Assembly (NCBI RefSeq): GCF_009834535.1
Contig: NC_045697.1
Coordinates: 70,434,001-70,498,000 of the forward strand
Direction: 5' to 3'
Length of the DNA stretch: 64,000 nt
DNA from: Camelus ferus
Taxonomy: Eukaryota
Shown here: positions 1 through 13,989 of the stretch, piece after piece
Layout of the letters: each line of letters opens with the position of its first letter
Numbering within the stretch: position 1 is the first letter of the stretch
The notes under the pieces: model-generated
The model's database searches: none
What the model was told of the DNA's origin: nothing
The model's input: the letters and a program-made list of their open reading frames with translations, nothing else
Made by a program: the position numbers and the translations under genes

Positions 1-2932
1 TGAGGTCAGGCTGTGCTGGGGCTGCTCCTCCGTGTTAGTCATTGGCACCTGGAGAGTAATGGTATATGACAGATGGCTGTGCTGTTACTCATGTAGACCA
101 CATGGGATCATCTGTTCAAATGGGGAGAAGCCGCTCCTGCTCCCAGGGCAAAGGCCCTACAGCAGGGCTGCCCTGTGCTGTTAGAGGTTTTTATTTTGGA
201 GATTTTATGTATTCTTTCAGCATCACTTGAAGTTCCTTCTCCCTAGGACTCAATCATGAGTTCATTGCTAGAGGGCAGCCTTAGACCCCAGTATTGTGTT
301 CTGCTGCTAATAATTCCTTTTCCTTCTGAGATTATGGCACCCAGACTGGGTCAAGTTTGTGTTCCAGAGCAACTCTTCCTTTAGAATCAGATATTTTCCA
401 ATTGTTCCTGTGTGCTTCATGCAAATCCTACTATGGAGGGTTTGCTGTTTCCTATAGACATGTGTCTGAATTTTAAAGTGCACAAAATTTAGGCTCGGAC
501 TGCACCCACTGTGTATGTCTGGCTGAACAGGGCTAGCCAGAATTCTGCAGCACACAGATTGCATTTGTTCATTTCAAACACCCTACACAGGGCAGTGAAC
601 AGGACCATCCTCAGGTATAATTGTGAATGCTGGGAAAAGCACCTTGATAGGCTCCACCTCTCCCTTGTATCCACTTATTTCCCCCTCTGGATGGTGCCAC
701 ATAGTAATATAAATTGTTTGCTGGTGGTTCCACTTAGTGGAAAGGGAGATGCTCTTCTGTGTGTGGTTGACTTGGTGGAGGCTAGGTAGGACTGAAGTCA
801 GTCCCAGGGACTTCTCGAGTTCAGGGTTTTAAAACGTGAGGAGATTTCAGTATGAGTGATGATCCCTGTTCCTTTTTCTCTCTGAAGACTCCTTGGGTCA
901 TGGGAGAGAGTCAATCAGGAGCCACTCACACAGAGTCCCCGGGACACTTGTTTTCAGGAGCTCCAAGGTTGGAGGAGCAAGGGGTCATTGCCACCTGCTT
1001 CTTTGAGACCTGGAGTTCAACCCAGAGCTGCTCTGTCTTCTCCACCTCCAGCTACTGTCCTAAAAGCTGCCCTTTTCCCTCTTCCCTGGCCTGAACGCAG
1101 GTCAATCTTACCTCTTAACCTCAATCACTCTTGTTCCAAATGTATATTTTTTCAACTTATGTCTTTTAAATTTGAAACTAGTACCAACACAGTAACAAAA
1201 AACTTGAAAAACAGACAAAAGATAAAAAATACAAATATTCATCATTAAAAAAAAAACAACTCAACGTTTTATGTACATAATAATTCCTTTCTGTTTTTTC
1301 CTAAGCATAGTTTTTTTTAAATGTAAACAAATATCAAATAGTTTTAATCACTTGGAAGTACACTTTTTAATCTTGCTTGTTTTACTTATTCTTGTATATG
1401 CCTTTTATTTATCTTGGCATGATCTTCATAACGAATTGGTATGTTTTTAACGTAAATTAGGTTGGTATTTAATTACATTTGCACTCCATGATCCAGAATG
1501 CTTCCATCTTTGATTTTAACTTCTGGTAATAAAGCGTCTAACAATGGAATCTGTTTTTAGAAAAATCCTCTTTAATAATAGATGTAATGCTGCAGTCAGT
1601 TTGGAGCTTAGAGCTCCCCTGATAACTGAATCGGGTCATAAGACTGAACAATTTTGTTGTTTGAGATAGCCCCAAACACCTATCCAACAAGAAGTTCAGT
1701 TGGATAGTTATATGAGACAATGTAAGGGAAAGGGAGAGGAACCATGTTGTATTTCATTTAAGATAAATGGCCTTAATGATTTATAAACTAAGTGAAAGAG
1801 AATCTACTGCTTCTCATGCCAGCTCAGGGGATATTCTGAGATGTCTTTTCATCTCTTACTCTGTTTGTTTATGTCTCTCCCCCCAAATCTCAAAAATTTT
1901 AGATAATTTCACTTTCATCGATCATCTGGGTAGAAAAGATAACATCTTAACAATTTCAGCATGCAGAAATTAGAGAATTAAGCCACTTTCTGGATATTTC
2001 AAGTTATCTCCCAATCCTAGCTCCCCAAACAAACAAAACCCCTAGAACAATTCCCTACTGTCTCAATTATCTGACTATTTCAGGTGGATGTGGATTATTT
2101 TGGCCTCGATTGTTTTGCAATTGCACTGTTGGTGCACATCTATTTACCTAAGAGAGGGAAGAATGTGTATCATTCCAAATGTCTGAAATGATTACTTTAG
2201 AAATGTATTCTGGCCTGCAGTAAAAGACTGGTTTTCCAAATTGTCTGTTTTGAAAGGGTGCCAGAAAACACCACTGAATAATTACAGTGGCTTAATGCTG
2301 GAGCTCTGCCTGCTGAAGTTTTAGGTGTGACATTCATTGGTTCTGTAGCACATAAGGTCATCCTCTGAAGCTGGAGGCCTGAGAGTGAACCAGGGGAATT
2401 TGCTGAGTCCTACTGGATCAATCATCTCTGGGTGGCCAGTGTCCTCAGAGAGCAAGGGCCAGGCTGTGGAAGGAAGCTCTTTGCTTCTTTTCTTTTTCAG
2501 TGTGGACAAAACCTCCAGTATATTAGATTGCAGGTTTATTATATTTTATTTGCATTCATGAATAAATTTAAGGAGAATTTGTGTGAAGCAATAATTTGAG
2601 AGACCAACCGTTTTGGCTTGTGGGTTTGATTTCTCTCTTCTCTTTTTTCATTCTACCTCCCAAATTTATTTCCATTTCTAATTTTGCCTGGTAGAGGAGG
2701 CTCAATTGATGTGATGTGTTTTGAAGGGTCTTTGTAGTCCTAATAGTTGTATTTGTGTCTTTAGAGGAAGATCACAGCAAAAGGACTGAAAGATCCTCCT
2801 GGCATGGGAGGATACCATCAAGAAAACAGTGAGGGAAGCATTCACATTTCAAATGTGGCCACTTTGTGTATCTGGAGTGAATATTTTTAATATTTTATAT
2901 TTAAATATATGAATATTTGGTGACATTTAGGT

Positions 2933-4530
2933 CAGTAGTTTCAAACTTTTTGGCCTCAGGGCCACTTAACTCTTTTAAAAATTATTGACATTTTTCAAGA
3001 GTTTTTGCTTAAATGGCTTATATCTATCAATATTACCATTTAGAAAAACAAAGCTGAGAAACTGGATTCATTTAAGATTCTAAAGTAGTGAATCAGTTAC
3101 ATGTTAATTAGATAACATTTTTACTGAAAATATTTGTCTTTTTTAAATAAAAAAGTTTAGTAAGAAGAGTAACATTGTTTCACATTTTTGAAATTTCTTA
3201 TACTTAATACATGATGGCTGGATTTTCATGTCTGCTTCTGAATTCAATCTGTTGCAATACATTAATTTGGTTGAAATATGTATGGATGTATAGTTTGGAA
3301 AGGCTGTTTTAACAGCCTTAAGAAGGTCATTATGAGTAATCTTTTTTGATATTACACCACAACTGCAGGGGTAGTTCTTAAAGGTTGGTTGTAACGTGGA
3401 CTTTGAGACCATGTCATTGAACTTTTTGTGCACTGTTGCATTTAAAACCTTTTGTCTATCTTGCAATGTGACTGAATCTTTTAACCATGCATTGGTGATT
3501 TGGAAAATATTGATTCACTGAGTTATGCATATTTTCCAAATGTTAACACATTTTATCATACAATATGATGAAATCATATTCGTTAATACCACCACAGATC
3601 CCATCAGAAAAGCCTTTCAGTGTTTTGAAACTGCCAGCCTCAGTGGTGGGTATGAGTTTTTCAAACTTGTGATTTTTGTTGAAAACTCAAAATCAATCAT
3701 TGGCAACAGATACTATCAGTTGTTTTTCTTAGAGCAACAGGCTTACATTGTTCATTTTTGAGAAAATATCTGCGAAATATCCAAGTCTAAATAATCACAA
3801 TCAGGACTGTCAATTGGTCTTTCAAGTAAAAATAATGTTCCATGAAAACAACATCTATTTCAGATCACAAACAGTGGCCCAAGGGCTTTTCCTTGAGATC
3901 AACATTGTGCTTCAATATGCAGCAGGAGTGCTTTAAAAGTTGTTAAGAAAATAGATCTTAAAATGTCTTATCACAAGAAAAAAAATTATAGCTTTGTGTG
4001 GCGATGGATGTTAAGACTTACTGTGGTGATCATTCAGCAATATATAGCAGTGTTAAATCATTGAGTTGTACACCTGAAACTAATATAATATGTCAGTTAT
4101 AGCTCAACCACAAGAAAGTAAAAATTCTTTATGCCTGTGTCCCATTTCTTCACACAAAATATTAAAAATATATGATTGAAGTCTTGACTTTTTAAAAATT
4201 AACATTTGTGTTGCCTCATGAAGAACATTATTGAGTGAAACTGCCACTCAAATTACTATATCATCATTAGTATTTTCATTGCAAGTGCACTATAAGAACA
4301 CTGGGTTCCATTACCTTGATTTACACTTAAGCTACTTATAATGTGGAATTTGAAGCCGTATCAATGAACCTTTTGTGCACTGTTGCATTTGAATCCTTTT
4401 GTCTATCTTGCAATGTGACTGAATCCTTTAATTAGATTTGGTTAAAACTGTTTCTGCTGCTGTTGCTTTGCATCATCAGTACAAATGTGGAAAAGACACT
4501 AACATCACAGTATTGTTATGAAAATAGCTC
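2933..4530. mobile_element. hAT-Charlie DNA transposon relic (Charlie1-like), interrupted by an L1 fragment
   Basis: Starts cagtagtttcaaactttttggcctcagggccacttaactcttttaaaaattattg, matching the recalled Charlie1 terminus. The internal sequence resumes after 4125. Confidence 0.75.
3936..4125 (+). mobile_element. L1 3' end fragment (L1MA-like) nested in Charlie1
   Basis: aaagttgttaagaaaatagatcttaaaatgtcttatcacaag...gttgtacacctgaaactaatataatatgtcagttatagctcaa plus an A-rich tail is a typical L1MA 3' terminus. Confidence 0.75.
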
Positions 4531-4532
4531 TG

Positions 4533-5415
4533 AAAAAGTGCTCAATATCGCTAACTTTTAGAGAAATGCAAATCAAAACCCATTGAGGTATCATCTCACA
4601 CTAGTCAGAATGTCATTCAAAAGTCCATAAACAATGAATGTTGGAGCAGGTGTGGAGAAAAGGGAACCCTCCTACACTTCTGGTGTGGATGTACTTTGGT
4701 GCAGCCACTATGGAAAACAGTATAGAGATTACTTAGAAAACTAAAAATAGACTTACCATCTGATCCAGCAATCCCTCTCCTGGGCATATATCTGGAGGAA
4801 ACTTCAGTTTGAAAAGATACATACACCTCCATGTTCATAGCAGCACTATTTACAATAGCCAAGACATGGAAGCAACCAAAATGTCCATCGACAGATGATT
4901 GGGTAAAGATGTGGTACATACTTATACAATGGAATACCACTCAGCCATAAAAAGAATAAAATAATGCCATTTGTAGCAACCTGAAGATTGTCATACTAAG
5001 TGAAGTAAGCCAGAAAGAGAAAGAAAAACACCATATGATATCACTTATATGTGGAATCTAAAACAAAAAAAAAAAAAAAAAGAGAGAGAGAGAGACAAAT
5101 GAACTTATTTACAAAACAGAAACTCACAGACATAGAAAATAAACCTGTGGTTACTGGGTGGGGTTGAGGGGCATGAAGGGATAAATTGGGAGTTTGGGAT
5201 TTGCAGATACTAACTACTATACATAAAATAGATAAACAGCAAGGTCTTACTGTATAGCACAGGGAACTATATTCAATATATTGTAATGGCCTATAATGGA
5301 AAAGAATATGAAAAGGAATATATATATATATATATAACTGAATCTCTGTGCTGTACATGAGAAATTAACATTATAAACCAACTATACTTCAATTAAAAAT
5401 AAATAAAATAAAAAT
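4533..5415 (+). mobile_element. 5'-truncated LINE-1 (end of ORF2 and 3' UTR, cetartiodactyl type)
   Basis: gaaatgcaaatcaaaacc...catgttcatagcagcactatttacaatagccaagacatggaagcaacc; 3' UTR with actgtatagcacagggaactatattcaata; A-rich tail at 5395-5415. Confidence 0.92.
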
Positions 5416-6244
5416 CATTATATCCTTAAAAATTAATTAATTAAATAATTTAAAATGTGTATCTATTTTCAAGCTTTCTAGCATTTGTTCAACAAATATT
5501 TTTAAATACTTTACTATTATTTTTATATAGAACTGAGAAATCAGAGAAAATTTAAAAGTGATAAATTTATATTGATACACTTTTTGTTGTTGTTTTAAAT
5601 TCCCTATTTACTAAATTTATATCCCCTTTGCCCATTTCTCCTGATACACTTTTATTCGAATTTTTAATAATTAATTTAAAATCTGTTATTTAAGTGTATG
5701 CTCCATAGAGTAAATTTCACTTGTCTATTTAAATGAATATCCATTTCCATTTTAGGTAGGAGAATCCTGGTATCAGATCACTTCTGTAACCATGGCCAGT
5801 GCTGCTGCAAAGTAAGTAGAAATGTTATATGAAATCTAGAGTCCTTGCTGCCCAAAGTTCTCTTTCTTTTCTTCCCTCTTTCTTCCTTCCTCCTTCTCTC
5901 CCTCTTTTTCTTCCTGTCTTCCATTTGTTGTGGAAAGTTTGTTTTTTTAAATAAATTATCCACAGTGAACTTTCTCCAGTTTGATTAAAAAAACAGGGTT
6001 TACCTGTTATTTTCCTTTTTAAAGAAAACAATCTATTCTTGCTAAAATGCATCTGTTGGAATGAACTTGAAATAATTATCACACATCACTCCAACCTTCC
6101 TTTACATTTTTATTTTCCAGCTTAAATATCTCTGTGAATTCCTTTCCACATACAGGAAGGTTATTCTTAGATCTCTTCCCTAAAACAGTAGTCCCAGTAC
6201 CACTGTAACGGACAGGTGGCTTTGCTCTTGAATTCTAAGGAGGA

Positions 6245-6460
6245 ATGGGTAGCAGTTAAGAGCTCAGTCTCTGGAGTAAAGTGGCCTTGGGTTCTAATTC
6301 TGTATCTGCTTACTTTGGTGAAATTATTTAACCTCAAAAGTTTTGATTTCTTCATCTGTAAAAATAGACTAACATTAGTACCCACTACATGAGGTAATAC
6401 ATACAAAATGCTTAGCACAGTGACTGGCACATAGTCATCATTTAAGGTGTGCTTGTTATT
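6245..6460 (+). mobile_element. MIR SINE
   Basis: MIR core ttatttaacctc...ttcttcatctgtaaaaatag and tail aaaatgcttagcacagtgactggcacatag. Confidence 0.8.
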
Positions 6461-8189
6461 ACTTTTAAGTCTCAGTGTCCCCAGCACTCATGATACATGA
6501 CGTATAAGGGTTCCAACAATAAAAGCTAAATCCTTTCTGTGTGGTTGACTTCTGTGCTGATAACATTTCTGAAAACTCTTGGCTGCTGGTCAAAAAGAAA
6601 ATCTATTTGTATGAGGAGGGTCACAGATTTATACACACAGATGTAAAAAGAACATGCAGTTTATGTTCTGTCTCACTTATTTGATCTTTCTTTCTAGTAT
6701 CTAATCTACTGATTAGCAAAGTAGAACAATTTAATCTAATAATTTTAGTCTAATCCAATAGTTTAAGTCTTTAGGCAGCATAATATTTTTTTTGCTCTAA
6801 ATCCCAGTTTTTTGGTTTCCTTCTTCTCAACCTCCTTCTCTCCAACATGGTGTCTGGGTGTATTAGCGAGGGGGACCCTGTGGTGAAGGGAAATAGATGG
6901 TCTCTAAGATCTAAGGTCTTCAGAGCTGTGTACTATCCTCTGGTCCCTAGAGAAATGCTTCTTATTTACCTCTGACTACTACTTGCCCTGTTAGCCTTAG
7001 AGGCTGAGGTTGTTGTCTGTTCTCTATAAATACAGGGTCAGGACCAAGGACTTTTTGGTTATTAGCCTTAAGATCTCTGTGACACCTGCTCAGCACCTGG
7101 AACACTTTGCCTTTGCCACACTGACTCTGACTCTGAGCCAAGTCACACCATGAGCTGACATCTGTGTGCCATGTTGGGGTCAGGTGGGAACATCTATCTT
7201 AGGAGAACTCAGTTAAGACCCTATTTCTGCCTAATCACACGATGCGACAGCTTTCACTTGCCACACACCCACCCTCCCTCCCATTCCTTTCCCCTTGTGA
7301 AGTAGGACAAAAGTGCTTGCTTTTTAGGCATTTTTTAAAAAATTGAATACTCTGAGATAGGTGAGCAGGACACACAAATCTTACCAACTTCTGCTTGCTT
7401 TTCTTCACTCAGGCTGGAAGGGTGGGCTTTGCATCTCCTTTATGTTACCACCTGGGTTCTGTGATCTGGTGCGCCAGCTCTGTGTCTCCACGTGTTTAAA
7501 GTGGTGATTTGTGATGTCGATAGATCACTCTCTCTTTGTCCTGACAGCCTAGCTTTCAAGTCCCTTCTCTCCCATTAAGAAGTGAAGAAAGTCAGCTCTG
7601 AAAATCAAAGTTGAGCAATATTGTCTTTGTTCTAGGCTCTTTGCTTCCCTAGAGCAATAAACCTTAAGCTCCAATTGGTGAAGAAAGCTGAAAGAACTTT
7701 GAAGGTGAAATTAAGAACGTTGTTTTAGTAGTCACAACATAAGATACCCTGTTACGTTAATTTACCAGTGTGTGTCTAACTACAAAGCCCATGCTTTTTC
7801 CAATGCACAATATTTGGCACTGGCTAAGCCCATGGTCTTTTAGGGCAAGATGGAAGAAACCAGAAATCAGAGGATATAAAGAGATTTGAAGTAGCTGGAA
7901 TTTGGAAACAAGCAGTAAGGAAGGAGAAGACAAACATATTTAAGGCTCTGAGAGTGCTCGTGGCAAGTATCACTGCTGTAGGAATGGAAGTATTCTGGAA
8001 CACTTCATAATGTTGCTTTCAAGACTTACATATCTGCATTTTAATGAGTAGATAGTGAAATAATTACTTGCAGTCCCACACAGATAGGTCTCATCGAATT
8101 GTACGTCCAAAATAACTAGGTTATAATCTAAAATATTATTGCTAGGTAGCATTTCTTTAACATTTCAATGTTTGTTTTGAGACCACCTA

Positions 8190-8835
8190 AAATGGATTAG
8201 GACACTGGAGTCCGTCTGTCTAAATTTGAGTCCTGGCCCACACTCACATGGCATATGAGAATTTCAGTTTTATCATCTAAAAAATGAGGTTTATAATATT
8301 CCACATTTATTGAGTGTTTTTGTATGGCAGGCACTTCTTCGGAAGCACTTGTATATTAACTTATATAATCAATAAATAACCTCAGGATGTATTACTGTCA
8401 TCTGTTTGGAGATGACACAACTGCATCTCTGAGAGATTAAGCTGTTTGTTCACGATCGTATAGGTAATTAGAGGTGAAAGTGGGATTAGAACCCAGGCCG
8501 TGTGGCTCTAGATCTGAGTGATAACAGCTAACTGTTTTTTACATATTCTATGCCAGGCACTGAACTAAGCACTCTGTATCCTTTGAGATAGAACCTATTT
8601 TTAGCCCATTTTTACAGATTAGAAAACTGAGCATGGAGAGGTGAAGTATCTTGCTCAAGCTGACACTACTAGTAAGTGTGGAGCCAGATCCACAAAATCT
8701 GGCTCAGGTTTGTGCTGTCAACCTTCATGCTGAACTGTCTCAAAGGAATTTTTTTTGAGCAATAAGTGAGAAAATCCATGTGAAATACTTAGTATAACAC
8801 TTAGCACAGAGAAAATGCTAAATAAAAACTAATTA
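8190..8835. mobile_element. Cluster of MIR fragments in both orientations
   Basis: tcagttttatcatctaaaaaatgagg (+); cccatttttacagattagaaaactgagc and gattagaacccagg (-); tail cttagcacagagaaaatgctaaataaa (+). Confidence 0.7.
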
Positions 8836-9434
8836 ATTATGAATAACCAAGAAACCCTATGAATTGGCAAATATGATGGAGATCCTTTAAGCATGGAGTG
8901 TTATCTATGTAAACCTTTTGTTATGTGTGTTATTCTGGTACCTGTCCCCATTGTTTGGTTTTATATGATTTCATTTATTCATTCATTCAGTCAGTCAATC
9001 TTGCCTCATGTTACATTTAATGTGCCAACACTGGACCAAGTGCTCTGGTTTGTGATATGTAGATACCTCTGAAAAAAGGCTAAAGACTTGTACTGAGGTT
9101 AAAGATGCACTAAACAACTTTTGTAAAAATTCCACATTAGGAGTCCAGCTTCTCTAACTAGCTAATTTCAGTTGTTTGGAAGAAGTGTGTTCTGGGCTTG
9201 GGTGATGCTTACCAACACTGTGCCATTTAGCTCCTTCAGGCTAAGTTTTTGCACCTGTCTTGTAACATTTTCATAGGCATAACTTTGATGTGCTGTACTC
9301 TTAATCGGTAAGCTGTGTGCCAAAACTTTACAGCTTTTCACTTAATGTCTTGCTCACTGGTATTTCCTTAAATATTTTAAAAACACTGCCTCTATTTTGA
9401 ATGCCACTGTGCTTCTGCTAAGGGGAGAGAGTCT

Positions 9435-9605
9435 GTAGAGCCTAAAAAACACAGGCTTCAGAATCAGAAAATTAGTTCAAAGCCAGTTCTCTTGGTTCTT
9501 TGACCTCTAGCATGTTAGTTAACCATGTTGAACCTCAGTTTCCTCGTTTTGACTAGGGATAATCATTTCTACCCTGCAAGATTGCTGAGTGATTAAGCAG
9601 TGAAA
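9435..9605 (+). mobile_element. MIR SINE fragment
   Basis: gttagttaaccatgttgaacctcagtttcctcgttttgactagggataatc core. Confidence 0.65.
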
Positions 9606-12417
9606 GGCAAAAACCTCCCAAACCTCCTTGCTCCTCTGAGACACTCTATTGTGCTGCATATTTATATTACATTATTATTACTTTAATGTCAAGAAAGTAT
9701 AATTTTGTCTTTTTTAGCTTGAAGTCATCAATAGTCATATTTTTCTAAAATCCATTTGCTTCTGTATGAGTAAATCTTTTTTTTCTTCCAGTTTTTTAAT
9801 AGTGATGGTAGTGATAGAAATGGAGTGATGCAATACAATTTTAGGCTGATGAGAATACATATTTCAGGGGGAATAAATTCATAGTGTTATGAGTACCAAT
9901 ACAATAGAAAGAATTTTAACACAGTAAAAAGAGGAAAGGTAAGAATAAAATACAGGTTTCAAAACTGATATGAATAACGAGAAGAAGCAAAACAATGAGA
10001 ACCGCCTTGACTTTTATTGGCCAAGATTTGAAATGATAAGACAATTGAGTCTTAGAATTTGAGAGGCTCTTAAAAGCCAAAGGGGGTCCAGCAGCTGCCA
10101 CAGGAATCCCATCCACAGCATCTCTGCTGGATGGTCACCCAGCATTTCTTTCTAGAGAAAAGGGGCTTTCGTCTTTGTGAAGAATTACAAGGCAGTTCTG
10201 ACAGCTACAAAGTGCTCTTTTAGTCTGATTGAGATGCCCTTTCACAAAATCTACCATTCTTGGAAAAATCACGTAATTGTTCTTATCTTTTATAGGAGAG
10301 TCCTTTAAATATTCAAAGAAAGGACTTCCTTCAAATTGAACAACCTCTCCTCTTCTTAATTGTTCTCTACTGGCTGCCAGTGTTTCCTTCAGAATGTAGA
10401 GCACAAAACAGACATGATTAACAACTGTTTTTTCATAACAGTTGTTGTTAAGCTAGATCTATCCCCTAATGCCACATGGATTATTTTTTTCACCTAACAT
10501 GAGATTTTATTAATATCTGAATCAGAATTTAAACTGTGACCCAAATGATATGAAAGGTATGCTTTTCCTAGCACCCTGTTATTCCACTGTAACCTGCATT
10601 CTAGGCACAGGAAACTGATTTTCTCCAAATACCCCGAGTTCCTCCCATTACCATAATTCTCCACAGACTATCACTTCTGCCTGTAAGGCTTTTACTCATT
10701 TCAGTCCTTGTAAATGTTAACCCAGTGACCATACTCAGCATGCCACCTTTTGCTCCTCAGGCCTGACCCTGCCACCCAAGACAGACAATTCTTTCTTAAT
10801 GATCTCATGCAGCAGAGATAATGAACTTCTTCTGTTTATTGAGAAGAAAATGGAGGCAAGAATCCAGGTTGTTGTCACTTTAGAATCAACTTGATTTTAT
10901 TTAAAATAATTTAAACTCACAAAGGAGTAATCATGTCAGGAATGCCTTTGAACCAAAAGTATTTGATGCAAATATTTTTGCAGAATTTTTTTTTTTAAAT
11001 GGAGCTGAAACTATTTCAGAAACAGACATTTAGAGGTCTTTAAGTAGCATATTTGATTCTTTAATTAGGAAATCCTATAAATCTCTCAAAATATTTTTGT
11101 TTTCCAAAAGTTTTCAGTACATTTCAAATTTATTTTTTATATAATAGAAGCAGAAAATAGGTTAGTTTTAGTGTTAGGTGCTTCCGAACATTTTTAAGTA
11201 AGAAAATAATTTGAGAAGTGGATTTTTTTTTTTTTTTTTACTTTTTAAAACATCAGGTAGATTGCTTTTCATCAAGTATATTTTATTGTATATTTTCTTA
11301 TTGTATATTAATCACAGAAATGAGCATTTTACTTAATATTTAGCAGATGCATTTACAAAATCTAATATCTTATTTCTACTGAGAATTTCCCTGAGGATTT
11401 CCTTGTTTCTAAGTTTTAAGGACAGTAAGACTGCTTGATACCTAATGACCAAGAGGATTAATTTACATTATATTTAGAAACATAACCTCCCACATGTTAC
11501 TATCTGAGTGCTGGCCAACAGTTTTAGCTTTTGCAAAAATAGCTTTATTTTCTTTACCTAATACCCACAAACCCTGCCTAGGTTTTTTGTTTTTGTTTTT
11601 TTAATCACCATTTTATTTTGAACAATGTTACTGTGATTCTACTTTTTCTCATTTATGATAATAGCATGATCTGCCTTAACACATTAATTAAAGTCTGTTC
11701 CTGTCATTGTTTTTTATTTTCTTAAGAATATAAATCAATAAAGTCTGCAGAGTTCAAGGAAGAGGTCTTGGTGTAGTTGAATATCAGGAAATTCAATATG
11801 TTTAATCACAGCATGTATTGAAGTAATGTGACAGAAGTCATTTAAAAATAGATAGCTGTTATAGTAATTTACTCTTCAACATGCACTCATCGGTCACAGG
11901 AGAGAATCAAAAGTTCTTTTGAAGCCCTTGAATTTCCTGTCCTTATTCTTAAAGTTGCTTTGAAATTTGAGAGAGAGAAGCATTGCAGCTGTTTGCCAAA
12001 GAGCTACCAAACAGGACATATGTTTAAAGCAGAGAATGGTGCTAGATTCTTATTGAAAAGGACTGTGTGTCCTTTCATGAGCCTGACAGTGTCATAAATA
12101 ACTAATAACAGCAAAAAATGGAGATTGTTGAGTGACTTTTAGATTCAGGAAATTAGCATATCAGAGAATCTTATTAATGAGGGAAGGGATACTTTTTTTT
12201 TGCATTTATTAAGAAGATTATCTGAGATCTTAACACAAATACCTTTCAGACAGATGGTATAAAGCAGTGACTGGGTCAGGTGGGGACAGTGGCCTCCTGG
12301 AATGCATATACCCATCCACAGAAGAGGCTTCCATTCAGTGCCAGCAGCTTGTTACTCCTAGGGAATGCAGGCCTTGCACACAGAGTAAGATTTCTTAAAA
12401 GAAGACAGAAATCCAGA

Positions 12418-12600
12418 TTTTTTTTAAAAAATGCTTTGCTGAAGTATGGTTGATTTACAATGTTGTGTTAGTTTCTGGTGTGCAGCAAAGTGATTCAGTT
12501 ATATATATATATATAACTGTGTACATATAAATATTCTTTTTATATATATATATATAACTGTGTACATATATTCTTTTTCAATTATGGTTTATTACAGGAT
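12418..12600 (-). mobile_element. Short L1 3' tail fragment
   Basis: gaagtatggttgatttacaatgttgtgttagtttctggtgtgcagcaaagtgattcagttatat is the reverse complement of a cetartiodactyl L1 3' end. Confidence 0.8.
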
Positions 12601-13379
12601 TTTCCTGTGAAAGTTTCTGGGCCACTTTGTACAACTGCACAGATTGTGGGCATGCAGCATGCACAGCATACGTAATATGCCTATTTGTGAACCAAACAAA
12701 AGATTACACAAGGGATAAATCGGTAGAGTGTTTTCAGCCTCTTGTTCAGACTGTTAGAAAATTCTTTTTGATGAACTGAGATCTATTTTTCAGTAGCTTT
12801 GATTCCTTGGACCTTAAGGTGGCATGAACAAATGTAATCTTTACACACACACAAACACACACACACAACAGTGTTTCAAATATTTGAAACCTGTTGCCCT
12901 ATTTCTTTACCTAAATTTAGGGGCGGATGAGCCAAAGAAACAAATTGTTAGTCTATGAATGAATGATAGTGAATGTAGGCTGGTCTGTACGTCTCACTTC
13001 TGCTGCATCTCAGTGTTAACCATTGCTTTAACAAAGCGTTCTAGAAGCTTGCCTAAAATCAAATCTAGATGACTAACTGGTCTATTGTTTGGAAACTCTT
13101 TCCATCTCTGGCCTACCCAGTGAAGAGTTTCAATCGTCTGCCACCTGTGGGGTCCTTCCTGCCAAGTCCCTGAACCCGTGAGAGCATGGCTGGCAGGGTA
13201 TTTGGTGAATGGGATCCTAAAATAGTCTGTTGTGTCCACACCTGGTGTTGAGGGAATTTAGCCCCTTGGTGACTTTTTGAGCTTTAGACTATATCCTCTC
13301 TCACTAAGTCCCTCTGTGTGTGTGGCTGGTCTTTTTTAGACTAAAAAGGTCATGCTTAAAAACAAGTGGTACAAACTAC

Positions 13380-13590
13380 ATGCTGAGTTGGCACTGTGCA
13401 CAGTTCCAAGCACTGCTGTATGTGTATTAAATCACTAAATGCTCACAATAACTCTATGAAGTGTTAACCTTCCTTATTACAGACAGGGAAACAGAGCACA
13501 AGAAACCAAACCATGACCACACAACGAGTCAGGAATAAAGCAAGGATTCAAACTCAGCCATTTGGCTTCAGGATGTGTACATCTTCCTTC
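13380..13590 (-). mobile_element. MIR SINE
   Basis: ttacagacagggaaacagagcacaaga...gcaaggattcaaactcagccatttggcttcag. Confidence 0.7.
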
Positions 13591-13989
13591 CTATAGCTCA
13601 GCCTGGGTCCCTGGGTCTTCACGACCAGTTCAAATTCCTTCATAGATTGGAACTGGACTGTGAAAAATGCCCACTTTGGTGGAGACTGTGATCTCTCTGC
13701 CCTGTGCCTGGCCCACAGCCAGGTGTGCTTCACACCACATCTGTATCTGCTCGCAGACAGTGGCAGATGCTCTTGGGTGTCCATGAAGTGGCCAAGGAAG
13801 TCTTCTTGCTGACCTGCCCTGATCTTCTGTCTTCCTCAGTTAACTTCTCGGCTCTGAAGTCACCATCTACACTGATTGTACAATTTGATGTTTGTACTTG
13901 GTCCCCTCTACATTTGAACCTTGACTCAATTTGACTTGACTTTCTAGCATTTAATGTCTCATTCTGGCCTGGCCTTACTGAACCTCAAA

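Noticed and set aside
4617..5358. ORFs 4617..4940 and 5041..5358, and similar ones at 22547-23795, 37592 and 42229-44076
   Set aside because: Sense or antisense translations of LINE-1 remnants, not host genes.
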